Below the pieces are notes generated by a model. That model did no database searches. It was not told the DNA's origin and saw only the letters and a program-made list of their open reading frames with translations. Positions 27,862 through 37,223 of a DNA stretch of 64,000 bases are shown here, piece by piece. Position 1 is the stretch's first letter; each line of letters starts with the position of its first letter. The DNA lies in contig OX638340.1 of the NCBI GenBank assembly GCA_951812955.1, positions 2,240,001 to 2,304,000 on the forward strand, written 5' to 3'. Source of the stretch: an uncultured Gemmatimonadota bacterium (GTDB taxonomy: Bacteria; JAAXHH01). A program made the translations under genes and the position numbers.

Positions 27862-30800
27862 CTACGCTTTCTTCAACCCCCATGACCTGACCATGTAGTA
27901 GATGACCGGAATGACCACGAGGGTCAGTACCGTAGAAGTCACCATGCCGCCCACCATGGGCGCGGCGATGCGCTGCATGACCTCCGATCCCGTGCCGGTT
28001 CCCCACATGATGGGCGTCAACCCGGCCATGGTGGCGGCGACCGTCATCATCTTGGGGCGCACGCGCTCCACGGCCCCGTGCATGACGACCTCGTAGAGAT
28101 CCTGACGTGTGTTCAGCGCGTCACGGTCTACCCGTTCCTGGTAGGCCTGTTTCAGATAGAGCAGCATGACGACCCCCGTTTCCGCCGCCACGCCGGCCAG
28201 CGCGATGAACCCGACGCCCACCGCGATGCTGAAATCGTAGTCCATCAGATACATCAGCCACACGCCGCCCACGAGCGCGAAGGGCAGCGATAGCATGACG
28301 ATCATACTGTCCGTGACGTTGCGAAAGTTCATGTATAGCAGCAGGAGAATGATGGCCAGGGTGACGGGCACGACGACCTGCAGACGGCGCTGCGCCCGCT
28401 CCATGTACTCGTACTGCCCGCTCCAGACCATGCTGTATCCCACGGGCAGGGAAACCCGTTCCGCGATGTGCTGTCGGGCGGTTTCCACGTAGGCGCCGAT
28501 GTCCGTGTCCTTCAGATCCACGTATACCCAGGCCGTGGGCCGGGCGTTCTCCGACTTGATGCCGGCGGGTCCTTTCCGAAATCGGATTTCTGCCACCTGG
28601 CTGATGGGGATCTGCGCCCCCGAGGGCGTAGGAATCAGGATGCGCCTGAGGTCCGATACGTCGTCGCGCAGCTCCCGGGCATAGCGGATGTTCACCGGGT
28701 AGCGCTCGAGTCCCTCGACCGTGTGAGTCACGTCCACGCCGCCCACCGCTGACATGATGACATCCTGCACGTCGCCCACGGTCATCCCGTAGCGTGCCGC
28801 CTCGACGCGGTCGATCTCGAAGTCGAGGTAGTTCCCGCCAAGTGTCTTCTCCGGGAAGACGCTGAGCGTGCCCGGCAGTTCACTGAGTTCTACCGCGACC
28901 TGCTCTGCCAGATCCGACAGCTCGGCCAGATCGTTCCCCATCAGCTTGACGCCCACCGGGGTCCGGATGCCCGTGGACAGCATGTCGATCCGGGTGCGGA
29001 TGGGCATGGTCCAGGCGTTGGTCAGACCCGGAAACTGGATCGCGTTGTTGAGGGCTTCTACGAGTCCTTCGCGGGTCATGCCCGGCCGCCATTCTTCCTC
29101 GGGCTTTAACATGATGGTGGTCTCGATCATGGACAGCGGCGCAGGGTCGGTCGCCGTGTCAGCCCGTCCCACCTTGCCGAATACCCGTTCCACTTCCGGG
29201 AAGGAACTTATGATCTTATCGGTCTGCTGCAGGAGCTGTCGGGCCTTGGTAATCGATATGCCTGGATCCGTGGTGGGCATGTAGAGCAGGTCGCCCTCGT
29301 AGAGCGGCGGCATGAACTCGGACCCGATCCGCTGCAGCGGATACCACGTGGCCGAGAGGACGACCACCGCGACGGCGATGGTCAGCCACCTCAGGCGGAT
29401 CGCCGACCGGATCACGGGCCGGTACAGGAACACGAGCAGCCGGCTGAGCGGATTCCTGCGTTCCGGCAGCAGACGTCCCCGGACCAGGTAGCCGATCAGT
29501 ACGGGTACGAACGTAATCGCCAGCAGGGCGGCCGCTGCCATGGTGTACGTCTTGGTATAGGCCAGGGGCTTGAAGAGCCGGCCCTCCTGGGCCTGCAGGG
29601 CGAAGATTGGCGCGAAAGACAGCGTGATGATGAGCAGGGAGTAGAAGAGGGACGGTCCCACTTCCTTCGTGGCGTCGAGGACGATCTGCCAGTGGTCCTT
29701 CTTCCCGCGGTCCCGCTCCATGTGCTTGTGCGTGTTTTCGATCATGACGATGGCGGCGTCCACCAGCGTGCCGATGGCAATGGCGATCCCGCCGAGGGAC
29801 ATGATATTGGCGTTGATCCCCTGCCAGGACATGACCAGGAAGGCGGCGAGCACGCTGATCGGAAGGGTGAGGATGACCACCAGGGCCGATCGGAAGTGGA
29901 TCAGGAAGATGATGCAGACCAGGGCGACGATGAGGCTTTCTTCCAGAAGCTTGTTGCTCAGGTTGTCGATGGCCCGTTCGATCAGGTTCGACCGGTCGTA
30001 GGCCGTGATGATCTCCACGCCCTCCGGAAGGCCCGATTTGAGCGACTCCAGCTTCTCCTCCACGTCCCGGATGACCTCCATGGCGTTCTCGCCGTACCGC
30101 ATGACGATGATGCCGCCGACGATCTCCCCCTCGCCGTTCCATTCCGCCAGCCCGCGCCGCAGTTCCGGTCCGGTCGTTACCCGCGCTACCTGGTGCAGCA
30201 AGACGGGCGTGCCGAAATCGTCTACACCAAGGGTGACGTTCTCCAGGTCCTCGACGGACTTGATGTACCCCAGTCCTCGGACCATGTATTCTGTTTCCGC
30301 CATTTCCACGACCCGGCCGCCCACGTCGTTGTTGCTCCGCTGGATCGCCGTCTTGATCCGGTTGAGCGGAATGCCGAAGATCAGCAGCTTGTTGGGGTCG
30401 ACCTCCACCTGGTACTGCTTCACGAACCCGCCGATGCTGGCGACCTCGGAAACGCCATGAACAGAAGTCAGTTCGTATCGCAGGAACCAGTCCTGGATGC
30501 TACGGAGTTCCGCCAGGTTGTGCCGGTCGCTCCTCAGCACGTATTCGTAGACCCATCCCACGCCCGTGGCGTCCGGTCCCAGGCTCGGATTCACGCCTGG
30601 CGGCAATCGGTCGGTCACGTAGCTCAGGTACTCCAGCACGCGGCTACGGGCCCAGTAGATGTCCGTGCCGTCCTCGAAGATGATATACACGAAACTGAGC
30701 CCGAAGAAACTGTAACCCCGAACCGTCTGCGCATGGGGCACCGCGAGCATGGCCGTCGTCAGCGGGTAGGTCACCTGGTCCTCCACCACCTGCGGCGCCT

Positions 30801-30966
30801 GGCCGGGATATTCGGTCAGGACGATCACCTGCACGTCCGAGAGATCCGGGATGGCGTCCAGGGGGATCTCCACCAGGGCCACGGTTCCCCCCGCGATCAA
30901 CAGCAAGGTGACCAGGATCACGAGGAACCGGTTCTTGACAGAGTATTCGATTATGCGTTGTAACAT
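27862..30966 (-). CDS. cusA: Heavy-metal efflux RND transporter, CusA/CzcA family
   Basis: 1034 aa, 12-TM RND architecture. N-terminus RFLVILVTLLLIAGGTVALVEIPLDAIPDLSDVQVIV is typical of the HME-RND family. Confidence 0.9.
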   Translation of the reverse strand: MLQRIIEYSVKNRFLVILVTLLLIAGGTVALVEIPLDAIPDLSDVQVIVLTEYPGQAPQVVEDQVTYPLTTAMLAVPHAQTVRGYSFFGLSFVYIIFEDGTDIYWARSRVLEYLSYVTDRLPPGVNPSLGPDATGVGWVYEYVLRSDRHNLAELRSIQDWFLRYELTSVHGVSEVASIGGFVKQYQVEVDPNKLLIFGIPLNRIKTAIQRSNNDVGGRVVEMAETEYMVRGLGYIKSVEDLENVTLGVDDFGTPVLLHQVARVTTGPELRRGLAEWNGEGEIVGGIIVMRYGENAMEVIRDVEEKLESLKSGLPEGVEIITAYDRSNLIERAIDNLSNKLLEESLIVALVCIIFLIHFRSALVVILTLPISVLAAFLVMSWQGINANIMSLGGIAIAIGTLVDAAIVMIENTHKHMERDRGKKDHWQIVLDATKEVGPSLFYSLLIITLSFAPIFALQAQEGRLFKPLAYTKTYTMAAAALLAITFVPVLIGYLVRGRLLPERRNPLSRLLVFLYRPVIRSAIRLRWLTIAVAVVVLSATWYPLQRIGSEFMPPLYEGDLLYMPTTDPGISITKARQLLQQTDKIISSFPEVERVFGKVGRADTATDPAPLSMIETTIMLKPEEEWRPGMTREGLVEALNNAIQFPGLTNAWTMPIRTRIDMLSTGIRTPVGVKLMGNDLAELSDLAEQVAVELSELPGTLSVFPEKTLGGNYLDFEIDRVEAARYGMTVGDVQDVIMSAVGGVDVTHTVEGLERYPVNIRYARELRDDVSDLRRILIPTPSGAQIPISQVAEIRFRKGPAGIKSENARPTAWVYVDLKDTDIGAYVETARQHIAERVSLPVGYSMVWSGQYEYMERAQRRLQVVVPVTLAIILLLLYMNFRNVTDSMIVMLSLPFALVGGVWLMYLMDYDFSIAVGVGFIALAGVAAETGVVMLLYLKQAYQERVDRDALNTRQDLYEVVMHGAVERVRPKMMTVAATMAGLTPIMWGTGTGSEVMQRIAAPMVGGMVTSTVLTLVVIPVIYYMVRSWGLKKA

Positions 30967-31006
30967 GATGAGCCCCTTTAAGTTCCGGACGGTCCAGGCG
31001 GACCGG

Positions 31007-32362
31007 TCAATGCATCATCCGGTGGTCGAGCATTTTCTGGATCGCCTCCTGGAGCCGGCTTTCCGAATCGATCAGGAACTGGGCGGAGGTCACGACCCGT
31101 TCGCCCGCGCTGACGCCGCGCATCGCCTCCACGTAACCTTCCCGACCCTCCATGCCGAGGGTAACTTCGCGGGGCTCGAACTTCCCGCCATCGAGGGCGA
31201 CGAAGACCACGTTGCGCTCGCCGCTGTGGATGACCGCGCTGCCCGGGATAACCAGCAGGGGCCGCTCGCTGCGCGCGGAAAGGCGGATATTGGCGTACAT
31301 CTGGGGTTTCAGTTCGAGATCCCGGTTGGGGAACACCAGACGGATCTTGATGTCACGCGACGCGCGGTCCAGGTAGGGATAGATGTAATCGATCGTGCCG
31401 CGATAGACCTTCCCCGGGTTGTAGGGCAGTTCCATCTCGGCCGTCAGTCCCGGATTCAACCACGGGGCGTCCCCGTCGTATACGTGGGCGAAGGCCCAGA
31501 TGCTCGAAAGATCGGCCATACGGTACATGTCCATGCCTGGCGTGACCCGCATGCCCAGTTCGGCCATCCGCTCCACGACGATGCCCGTTGAAGGCGCATA
31601 GATGGTCAGGGTCCGGGCGATCGTGCCCCTTTCCTCCAGCTCCTGGATCTGCGCCTCGGTCACGTCCCAGTAGAGCAGGCGGCGCCGCGAGGCATCCAGC
31701 AGCGACTCCGCGCCTTTCGTGATGGTCTCAAACGTGCTGTTTTCGAGATTTTCAACGTTCTGGAACGCCAGGAGGTATTCTTCCTGCGCCGCGACGAGTT
31801 CCGGCGAGTAGATGGCCAGCATCGGATCGCCCGCGGCGACCCGCTGACCCGTCTCGTTCACGTAGAGCTTTTCGATCCACCCGGGATACTTGACGTTGAT
31901 CCGGGAATACATTTCCTCGTTGTAGTCCAGGTGGCCGACGGTCCGTATGGATCGGGTCAGCGGACGTTCCTGGACGGCCGCGGTTTGGACGCCGATGTTC
32001 TGTATCGTGGCCGGATCGATCACGATGGTAGCGCCGGGGGAGGGCGCCGCGTCCTCGGCCTGTTCGTCCATAGCCTGTTCGGCCACGGCCTGCTCTTCCG
32101 CTTCGGCCGTGTTTTTCATCGGCGTAAGATTCATCCCGCAGATCGGACACTGGCCCGGTTCTTCCGTAATTACGTTCGGATGCATACCGCACGTCCACAA
32201 CTGAACCTGCGCCGTATCACCGCTATCGGAAGTGGTCGTCGACTCCGGATCGCCACAGCCCGTTAACAGCACCAGCGGCGCGGCGGCCAGCAGCATGACG
32301 GCCAGCAACCTGGAGGCCAGTGACCGGAATGCACGCCCGCGTAGTCTCTTGACGATGTTCAT
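31007..32362 (-). CDS. cusB: RND efflux membrane-fusion (periplasmic adaptor) protein, CusB-like, with an N-terminal heavy-metal-binding Cys motif
   Basis: WTCGMHPNVITEEPGQCPICGMNL matches the metal-binding domain found in CusB-like adaptors. Position is between the OMF and RND genes. Confidence 0.8.
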   Translation of the reverse strand: MNIVKRLRGRAFRSLASRLLAVMLLAAAPLVLLTGCGDPESTTTSDSGDTAQVQLWTCGMHPNVITEEPGQCPICGMNLTPMKNTAEAEEQAVAEQAMDEQAEDAAPSPGATIVIDPATIQNIGVQTAAVQERPLTRSIRTVGHLDYNEEMYSRINVKYPGWIEKLYVNETGQRVAAGDPMLAIYSPELVAAQEEYLLAFQNVENLENSTFETITKGAESLLDASRRRLLYWDVTEAQIQELEERGTIARTLTIYAPSTGIVVERMAELGMRVTPGMDMYRMADLSSIWAFAHVYDGDAPWLNPGLTAEMELPYNPGKVYRGTIDYIYPYLDRASRDIKIRLVFPNRDLELKPQMYANIRLSARSERPLLVIPGSAVIHSGERNVVFVALDGGKFEPREVTLGMEGREGYVEAMRGVSAGERVVTSAQFLIDSESRLQEAIQKMLDHRMMH

Positions 32363-32378
32363 GATTTACCTCCTGTGT

Positions 32379-33647
32379 CTACGGGAGCGATCCCCCGGCG
32401 GCCCGTTCCAGCCGGCTGAGATACTTTCGGTAGTTGGCCGTTTCGGCCACGTACCCGAGCCGGGTACGCAGCACCATGCGTTCCGCGTCGAGCAGGTCGA
32501 GGAAGTCCATCTGCCCCGACTGGAAAGCGGCCAGTGTCGCCAGCACGCTGTTTTCCGCCTGGGTGATGAGGCCTTGCTCATAGACGTCGAGAGCCCGTCC
32601 GGAATGACGCAGGCGCCCGTATGCCTCCGCGACCTCCGCCGCGACGGTGTCCCGGATGCTCCGCCTGGCATATTGGCTTTCTTCCACGCGTGCCATGGCC
32701 TCCTGCACCCCGGCCCGCGTGCGTTTCCTGAACAGGGGCAGATTCACGCTCAACATGACGCCGAAGGCGTCTTTCCCGGCGTCGGATGCCGGGTTCCCTT
32801 CGAGCTTCGGAACGGTGATATAAGAAGCCTGCACCATGAAATCCGGCCGGTTGCCGAGGCGCGCGAGCCGGAGACCCAGTTCGTTTTGCCGGATCCGTGC
32901 GTCGACCGCCTCCAGTTCCTGCCGGACGGCCAGTGCTTTCTCAACCACCAGGGATTCGGGCTGTGTGTATCTCGTGGTATCAATGGCCGCAACCCGGTCG
33001 ACAGGCGTATCGGACGGACGGCTCAGCGCGCCGTTGAGGCGGGCAACGTGGGCGCTCCGCTCACCTTCCAGCGTAATGCGCTGTTTCAGTATCTCCGAAG
33101 CTTCCACGTGCGACTTGAGTACGTCTGCCTGGGAACCGCTCCCGGTGGCGTACTTCTCCTCCGCGGCGCCGGTGAAGGTCTCCAGCAGGACGAGATAGTC
33201 TTCAAGGATGCGCAGGGACCGGTCTACCCGGAAGAGATCATAGTAGACCGACTTCACTTCGTAGGTGATATCGCGCGCAATCGATTGGATCCCGGCCGTT
33301 TCGACCGCTGTTTCTTCCCCGGATATGTCGCCGCGCAGGCTCAGCTTGCCCGGATATGGAATCTGCTGTCCGAAGGCCAGCACGTTCCTCTGCGGTCCGA
33401 CACGCGTTTCCGGAGAGGATAGCCAACGCGTGTACATTAATACCGGATCCGAGTAGGAAGCGACCTGCGGCCGTCGTTGCGTGACCGCGGTCCGACGGTG
33501 ACGCGCTGCCTGCAGGACGGGGTTGCGGTCCAGGGCCTCGGCGACCAGCGCCTCGAGTCGCGGCGTCTGCGCCCGGGCCGGCAGAACGGCGAAAACGAGG
33601 GCGAAAGACATGATCAGAAAACCCGCGTATCGTGAAAAAACGGACAT
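32379..33647 (-). CDS. cusC: TolC-family outer-membrane efflux protein (CusC-like)
   Basis: Signal peptide, 422 aa, coiled-coil/alpha-barrel repeat pattern. First gene of the C-B-A operon on the minus strand. Confidence 0.8.
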   Translation of the reverse strand: MSVFSRYAGFLIMSFALVFAVLPARAQTPRLEALVAEALDRNPVLQAARHRRTAVTQRRPQVASYSDPVLMYTRWLSSPETRVGPQRNVLAFGQQIPYPGKLSLRGDISGEETAVETAGIQSIARDITYEVKSVYYDLFRVDRSLRILEDYLVLLETFTGAAEEKYATGSGSQADVLKSHVEASEILKQRITLEGERSAHVARLNGALSRPSDTPVDRVAAIDTTRYTQPESLVVEKALAVRQELEAVDARIRQNELGLRLARLGNRPDFMVQASYITVPKLEGNPASDAGKDAFGVMLSVNLPLFRKRTRAGVQEAMARVEESQYARRSIRDTVAAEVAEAYGRLRHSGRALDVYEQGLITQAENSVLATLAAFQSGQMDFLDLLDAERMVLRTRLGYVAETANYRKYLSRLERAAGGSLP

Positions 33648-33893
33648 GGCCTGTTCCTCGGGTTGATATGAATTGATCGTTACAGTTGAATACGGCCTGG
33701 AGAGCGGATGTGGCGGTCCCTTGCGGGATGGCGCTTCGCATCATCGGCGCGCAGTATCGTTAGGCGTTACGCATCGTCCCGGGACGCGCAGGCTGCCGGA
33801 CGGACAAAACCTGGAAGTCCGGATACACGATGCCTTCTACGCGTCGCGTGTTACGCTCACGGCCCGTTGGTGCCCAGTGTTTTCAGGTGGGTA

Positions 33894-34331
33894 TTAGATG
33901 AGGTACGTGCAGAAGAGTGCGCGCAATGGGGGTGGGGACCGGTCGGTATTCGATTCCGGAGAAATCCGTGAGACATGGACCGCCGGTTCAACCAGGTGTA
34001 ACCCCCGCAGCGGCGTCGATAGGACCAGCTGATCGGGTTGAACGGAAGCGGCTGGAAGCAGCGCACCCACCCCGGATTGCCGGTATGGCGCCGGATCGAC
34101 GCTGCAGCAGGACATGGCCAGCGTGCCCGTCGCGCATGTTTCCGTCGCGTGGCCCGTGGCGCATGTTTCCGGAGTCTTGGCCGTCGAGCAACAAGCGTGC
34201 TCGCTCCCGGACGAAGATGCGTCCGGCGACGAAGACTTTGCCATCATGCACACGCCGTCCGCTGCCGTGCCCGCCAGGGACGGAGACGACAAGGAGAGGA
34301 AAAGGATGAGAACGGTGAATCGCCTGATCAT
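33894..34331 (-). CDS. Small secreted Cys/His/Met-rich hypothetical protein upstream of cusCBA, candidate periplasmic metal-binding protein. The C-terminal half may be read-through.
   Basis: Signal peptide MIRRFTVLILFLSLSSPSLAG, then HACCSTAKTPETCATGHATETCATG (ETCATG repeated). Same strand and immediately upstream of cusC. Confidence 0.35.
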   Translation of the reverse strand: MIRRFTVLILFLSLSSPSLAGTAADGVCMMAKSSSPDASSSGSEHACCSTAKTPETCATGHATETCATGTLAMSCCSVDPAPYRQSGVGALLPAASVQPDQLVLSTPLRGLHLVEPAVHVSRISPESNTDRSPPPLRALFCTYLI

Positions 34332-34478
34332 GACCGGATCTCCGGGGAATCAACCTGGCTCGATATATAACAATCTACCCGCATACCGGGAGAAACACAA
34401 TCGAATTCGGGACACCCGCGACGCCTGCCGCGTCGGACCGCACTCCGCCCTGGCCTACCAGTCCGTATCGGATCCGCG

Positions 34479-34703
34479 CTATTTTCCCCGCCTTCGCTGG
34501 CGCCTGACGAGCTTTACTACTTCCTTCACCGAGAGGTTCGTCTTGACCGTTGGTATATCCAGCGGAGACGCTGGAGGCAGTTCGGGGACGACGGCATATC
34601 TCCTGCCATCCTTTCTGCGTATGATTACTTTTCCGGTCGATTCCGCTTCGTCGAGCAAACTCGACAGATGCTGCCTCGCTTCAGTATAGGTATAGACGTC
34701 CAT
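34479..34703 (-). CDS. Phd/YefM-family type II antitoxin
   Basis: MDVYTYTEARQHLSSLLDEAESTGKVIIRRKDGRRYAVVP matches the Phd/YefM consensus. Start moved to the ATG at 34703. Confidence 0.65.
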   Translation of the reverse strand: MDVYTYTEARQHLSSLLDEAESTGKVIIRRKDGRRYAVVPELPPASPLDIPTVKTNLSVKEVVKLVRRQRRRGK

Positions 34704-34710
34704 GACGCAG

Positions 34711-35118
34711 TCACTCCCCTTGAAATTCCAGACGCACAACGTCAATGCCAAGCGACTCCGCGGCGCGGGCCAATGACCGGTCCAGGGTCAGCAGAGGCGC
34801 ATTGTACCTGATGGCGGTCTCCAGAAAAAAAGCGTCGGCCGCCACTCCCTTCATTCGAGACGCGATCGAAAGGATCTGGGCCATGTCCACGTCCACGTAA
34901 CGTAGCGGGATGTTGCCCAGGATCTCCATGCCTCTGCGCGCCTCCTCGGCGTCGATCCCTTTCTGCCGGATCATGACGGAGAAGGCATGGCAAATCTCCC
35001 ATCGAACGAAATCCGGCGCGATGAGGACGTGACCCGAAGCCGCTTCGGCCAGGGCACCGCGTTCCGGACCCTGCATTACGGATGCAATAATCGCCGATGT
35101 ATCGATGACCATATTCAC
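34711..35118 (-). CDS. vapC: PIN-domain toxin (VapC-like)
   Basis: MNMVIDTSAIIA..., 135 aa. The acidic residues needed for a PIN active site are present. Confidence 0.7.
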   Translation of the reverse strand: MNMVIDTSAIIASVMQGPERGALAEAASGHVLIAPDFVRWEICHAFSVMIRQKGIDAEEARRGMEILGNIPLRYVDVDMAQILSIASRMKGVAADAFFLETAIRYNAPLLTLDRSLARAAESLGIDVVRLEFQGE

Positions 35119-35490
35119 GCTGAAACCTCCCTTTTAATATTGTACAATTGTACATCATTATGTCAACAAAAATAACGAAACCCCGTATTTACAGGCCTTT
35201 AGGGGTTGCCGCCGACTTGGCGGCATTGACCAGCGGAGATCACCACAGATGCAATTCATGGTACGTGCGGCCGGCCGATTCAAAGGATTATGACGCAAGA
35301 CGTTCGCGCAATTACCCTTTTTCAGCGGCCATTGTTCACACACCGGTCACACTTATTTCGTTATATTTGAATGGAATGGGCGTTTTTTTAGATACCTTCC
35401 TATTGCCTACGTATCCGGTTGACTTCATGCGGGCTTGGATCCGTCGATCGTAACAGCAGTACGTTAATCACTTCTACGGGGATAGCGATC

Positions 35491-36003
35491 ATGAACGGCA
35501 CATTGAGTGAAGGAAGCAGGCGGGAGTTGACGGACAGGTTCGTTTGTGCGGTGCAGCACCTGGGCCGATTGATGCACAACGGACGGCTTGGCGAACTGAA
35601 GAAACTCGACCTGAACGCCCACCAGGCGGATACCCTGATGTTGCTGTATCATCACGGGCCCACCCGGATGGGGACCCTGGCGAACTACCTGGGGAGTAAA
35701 CTGCCGCACATGTCCCTCATTGTAGGTCACCTGGTCAACAAGGGTTACATTCAACGAAGTTCGGATCCAAAGGACCGGAGAGTGGTTATCTGCGAATTCA
35801 CTGCAAAAGGCAGGAAGGCTGCGCAACAGATCATACAACATACGAGGATACTCGTGAACGAGGTGGCCGAAAAGTGGGATTTCGAACAGTTCGAATCCGT
35901 GGTCGAGTCGCTGGAATCGTTTTGGGACCCAGAATCGGGAGTTCCCGGATCAGCCGTTTCTGGGCAGCGCCAGTCCAGAGACAGGTTGTTGGAAGAGATG
36001 TAA
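35491..36003 (+). CDS. MarR-family transcriptional regulator
   Basis: Winged-helix region LNAHQADTLMLLYHHGPTRMGTLANYL...DPKDRRVVICEFTAKGR. Confidence 0.8.
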   Translation: MNGTLSEGSRRELTDRFVCAVQHLGRLMHNGRLGELKKLDLNAHQADTLMLLYHHGPTRMGTLANYLGSKLPHMSLIVGHLVNKGYIQRSSDPKDRRVVICEFTAKGRKAAQQIIQHTRILVNEVAEKWDFEQFESVVESLESFWDPESGVPGSAVSGQRQSRDRLLEEM

Positions 36004-36169
36004 TCCCAGATATGGCAGGCCAGTTCAATGCAGGGTGAAGCAGCCGGCGATCCGACTGTTGCCATTGCGCCCGAAGCCGGATCTGCGTGACCGGCGTCAG
36101 TTGGAACTACTTCGGCAATAAATAGTCCGCCAGAACATCGAGGTCGATTGGGGCGTCCCGCCCTAATTC

Positions 36170-36405
36170 TCCGACCCGCCCCTACATCCGACCCGCCCTT
36201 ACCACCGACCCGCCCACACCCCCGGCCCAACCGGGAGAGTACAGATTCCTACCATATCCTTGGCCATCCGGCACTGCTCGGCTGGCCGTCCATTTCCGCC
36301 GCCGAGACGGCTGTCCGCTTTCGCCCCAGTCGGCCGTCCATTTCCGCCGCCGAGACGGCTGTCCGCTTTCGCTCCAGTCGGCCGTCCGCTTTCGCCCCAG
36401 TCGGA
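36170..36405. repeat. Intergenic direct repeats: ccgacccgccc x3 (14-bp period) followed by 48-bp unit ggccgtccatttccgccgccgagacggctgtccgctttcgccccagtc x2 plus a partial third copy
   Basis: Read from the sequence between the two marR paralogs. Confidence 0.85.
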
Positions 36406-36441
36406 TCGCGGAACGGCACGCCTGCGGCAATAAAGTTTAAT

Positions 36442-36470
36442 TTGACAAATGTTATTTTACTGGATAGTTT
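36442..36470 (+). promoter_or_regulatory. Candidate sigma70-like promoter (TTGACA-N17-TAGTTT) in the AT-rich stretch upstream of the second marR, with a nearby GTTCGAAC palindrome
   Basis: Exact -35 hexamer, 17-nt spacer, -10 matching TAnnnT. Located about 230 nt upstream of the marR start. Inference only. Confidence 0.3.
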
Positions 36471-36698
36471 CCATACAGTTTTGTTCGAACTTTGTTTGGA
36501 ACTTCGGTTTATCTCCAGGGCATTCCCCGCCCCGGAGCATTCAACGTGAATTTACACACGTAAAACCGGTTCGATTCAAGGGACTACAACAAGCGGTTTC
36601 CAGACAGGGCCGAGCGTCCCGTGGCATTACCAGAAACACGGAATCGCGGGGTCCCGCGGAAAGCGTGCCGATCCAACCACTCTCATGGTTCTGGGTGA

Positions 36699-37181
36699 AT
36701 GAACGTGGAGAACGAATTCAGGCAGGACATCTCGAACCGCTACTTGAAGTCCGTGGAAGAAATCAACCGGATCATGTACAGCGGCCGTCTGCATGAGTGG
36801 CAGGGGATGGATCTATCGATTTCCCAGTTCAATACCCTTGTCATGCTGAAGCAGATGGGACCGATGCGCATGGGTATGATTTCCTACTATCTGAAGAACA
36901 CGCTTGCCGCCACCACATCGATCGTAGACCGTCTGGAGAACAAGGACCTGGTGATTCGGACCAAGGATCCCGAAGACAGAAGAGTGGTCATCTGCGAATT
37001 GACGGAACACGGGCAGAAAGCAACGGAGCGATTCTGGCGAGTCGCGCGGGAGGCGGCCTTGAGGGTAGCCAGCAAGTGGGACCTGAAGCAGTTCGAATCA
37101 GTGGTCGAGGCGCTGGAACTGGTCTTGCAGACCCATAAGGAGATCGTTCAGTCCGGCACATCTACAAAGCCTGCCGAATAA
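36699..37181 (+). CDS. MarR-family transcriptional regulator (paralog of 35491-36003)
   Basis: QFNTLVMLKQMGPMRMGMISYYL...DPEDRRVVICELTEHGQ. Clear paralogy with the upstream MarR. Confidence 0.8.
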   Translation: MNVENEFRQDISNRYLKSVEEINRIMYSGRLHEWQGMDLSISQFNTLVMLKQMGPMRMGMISYYLKNTLAATTSIVDRLENKDLVIRTKDPEDRRVVICELTEHGQKATERFWRVAREAALRVASKWDLKQFESVVEALELVLQTHKEIVQSGTSTKPAE

Positions 37182-37223
37182 CCCACGCAACAATCTACTA
37201 AGCCTGCCAAATAACCACTGACA

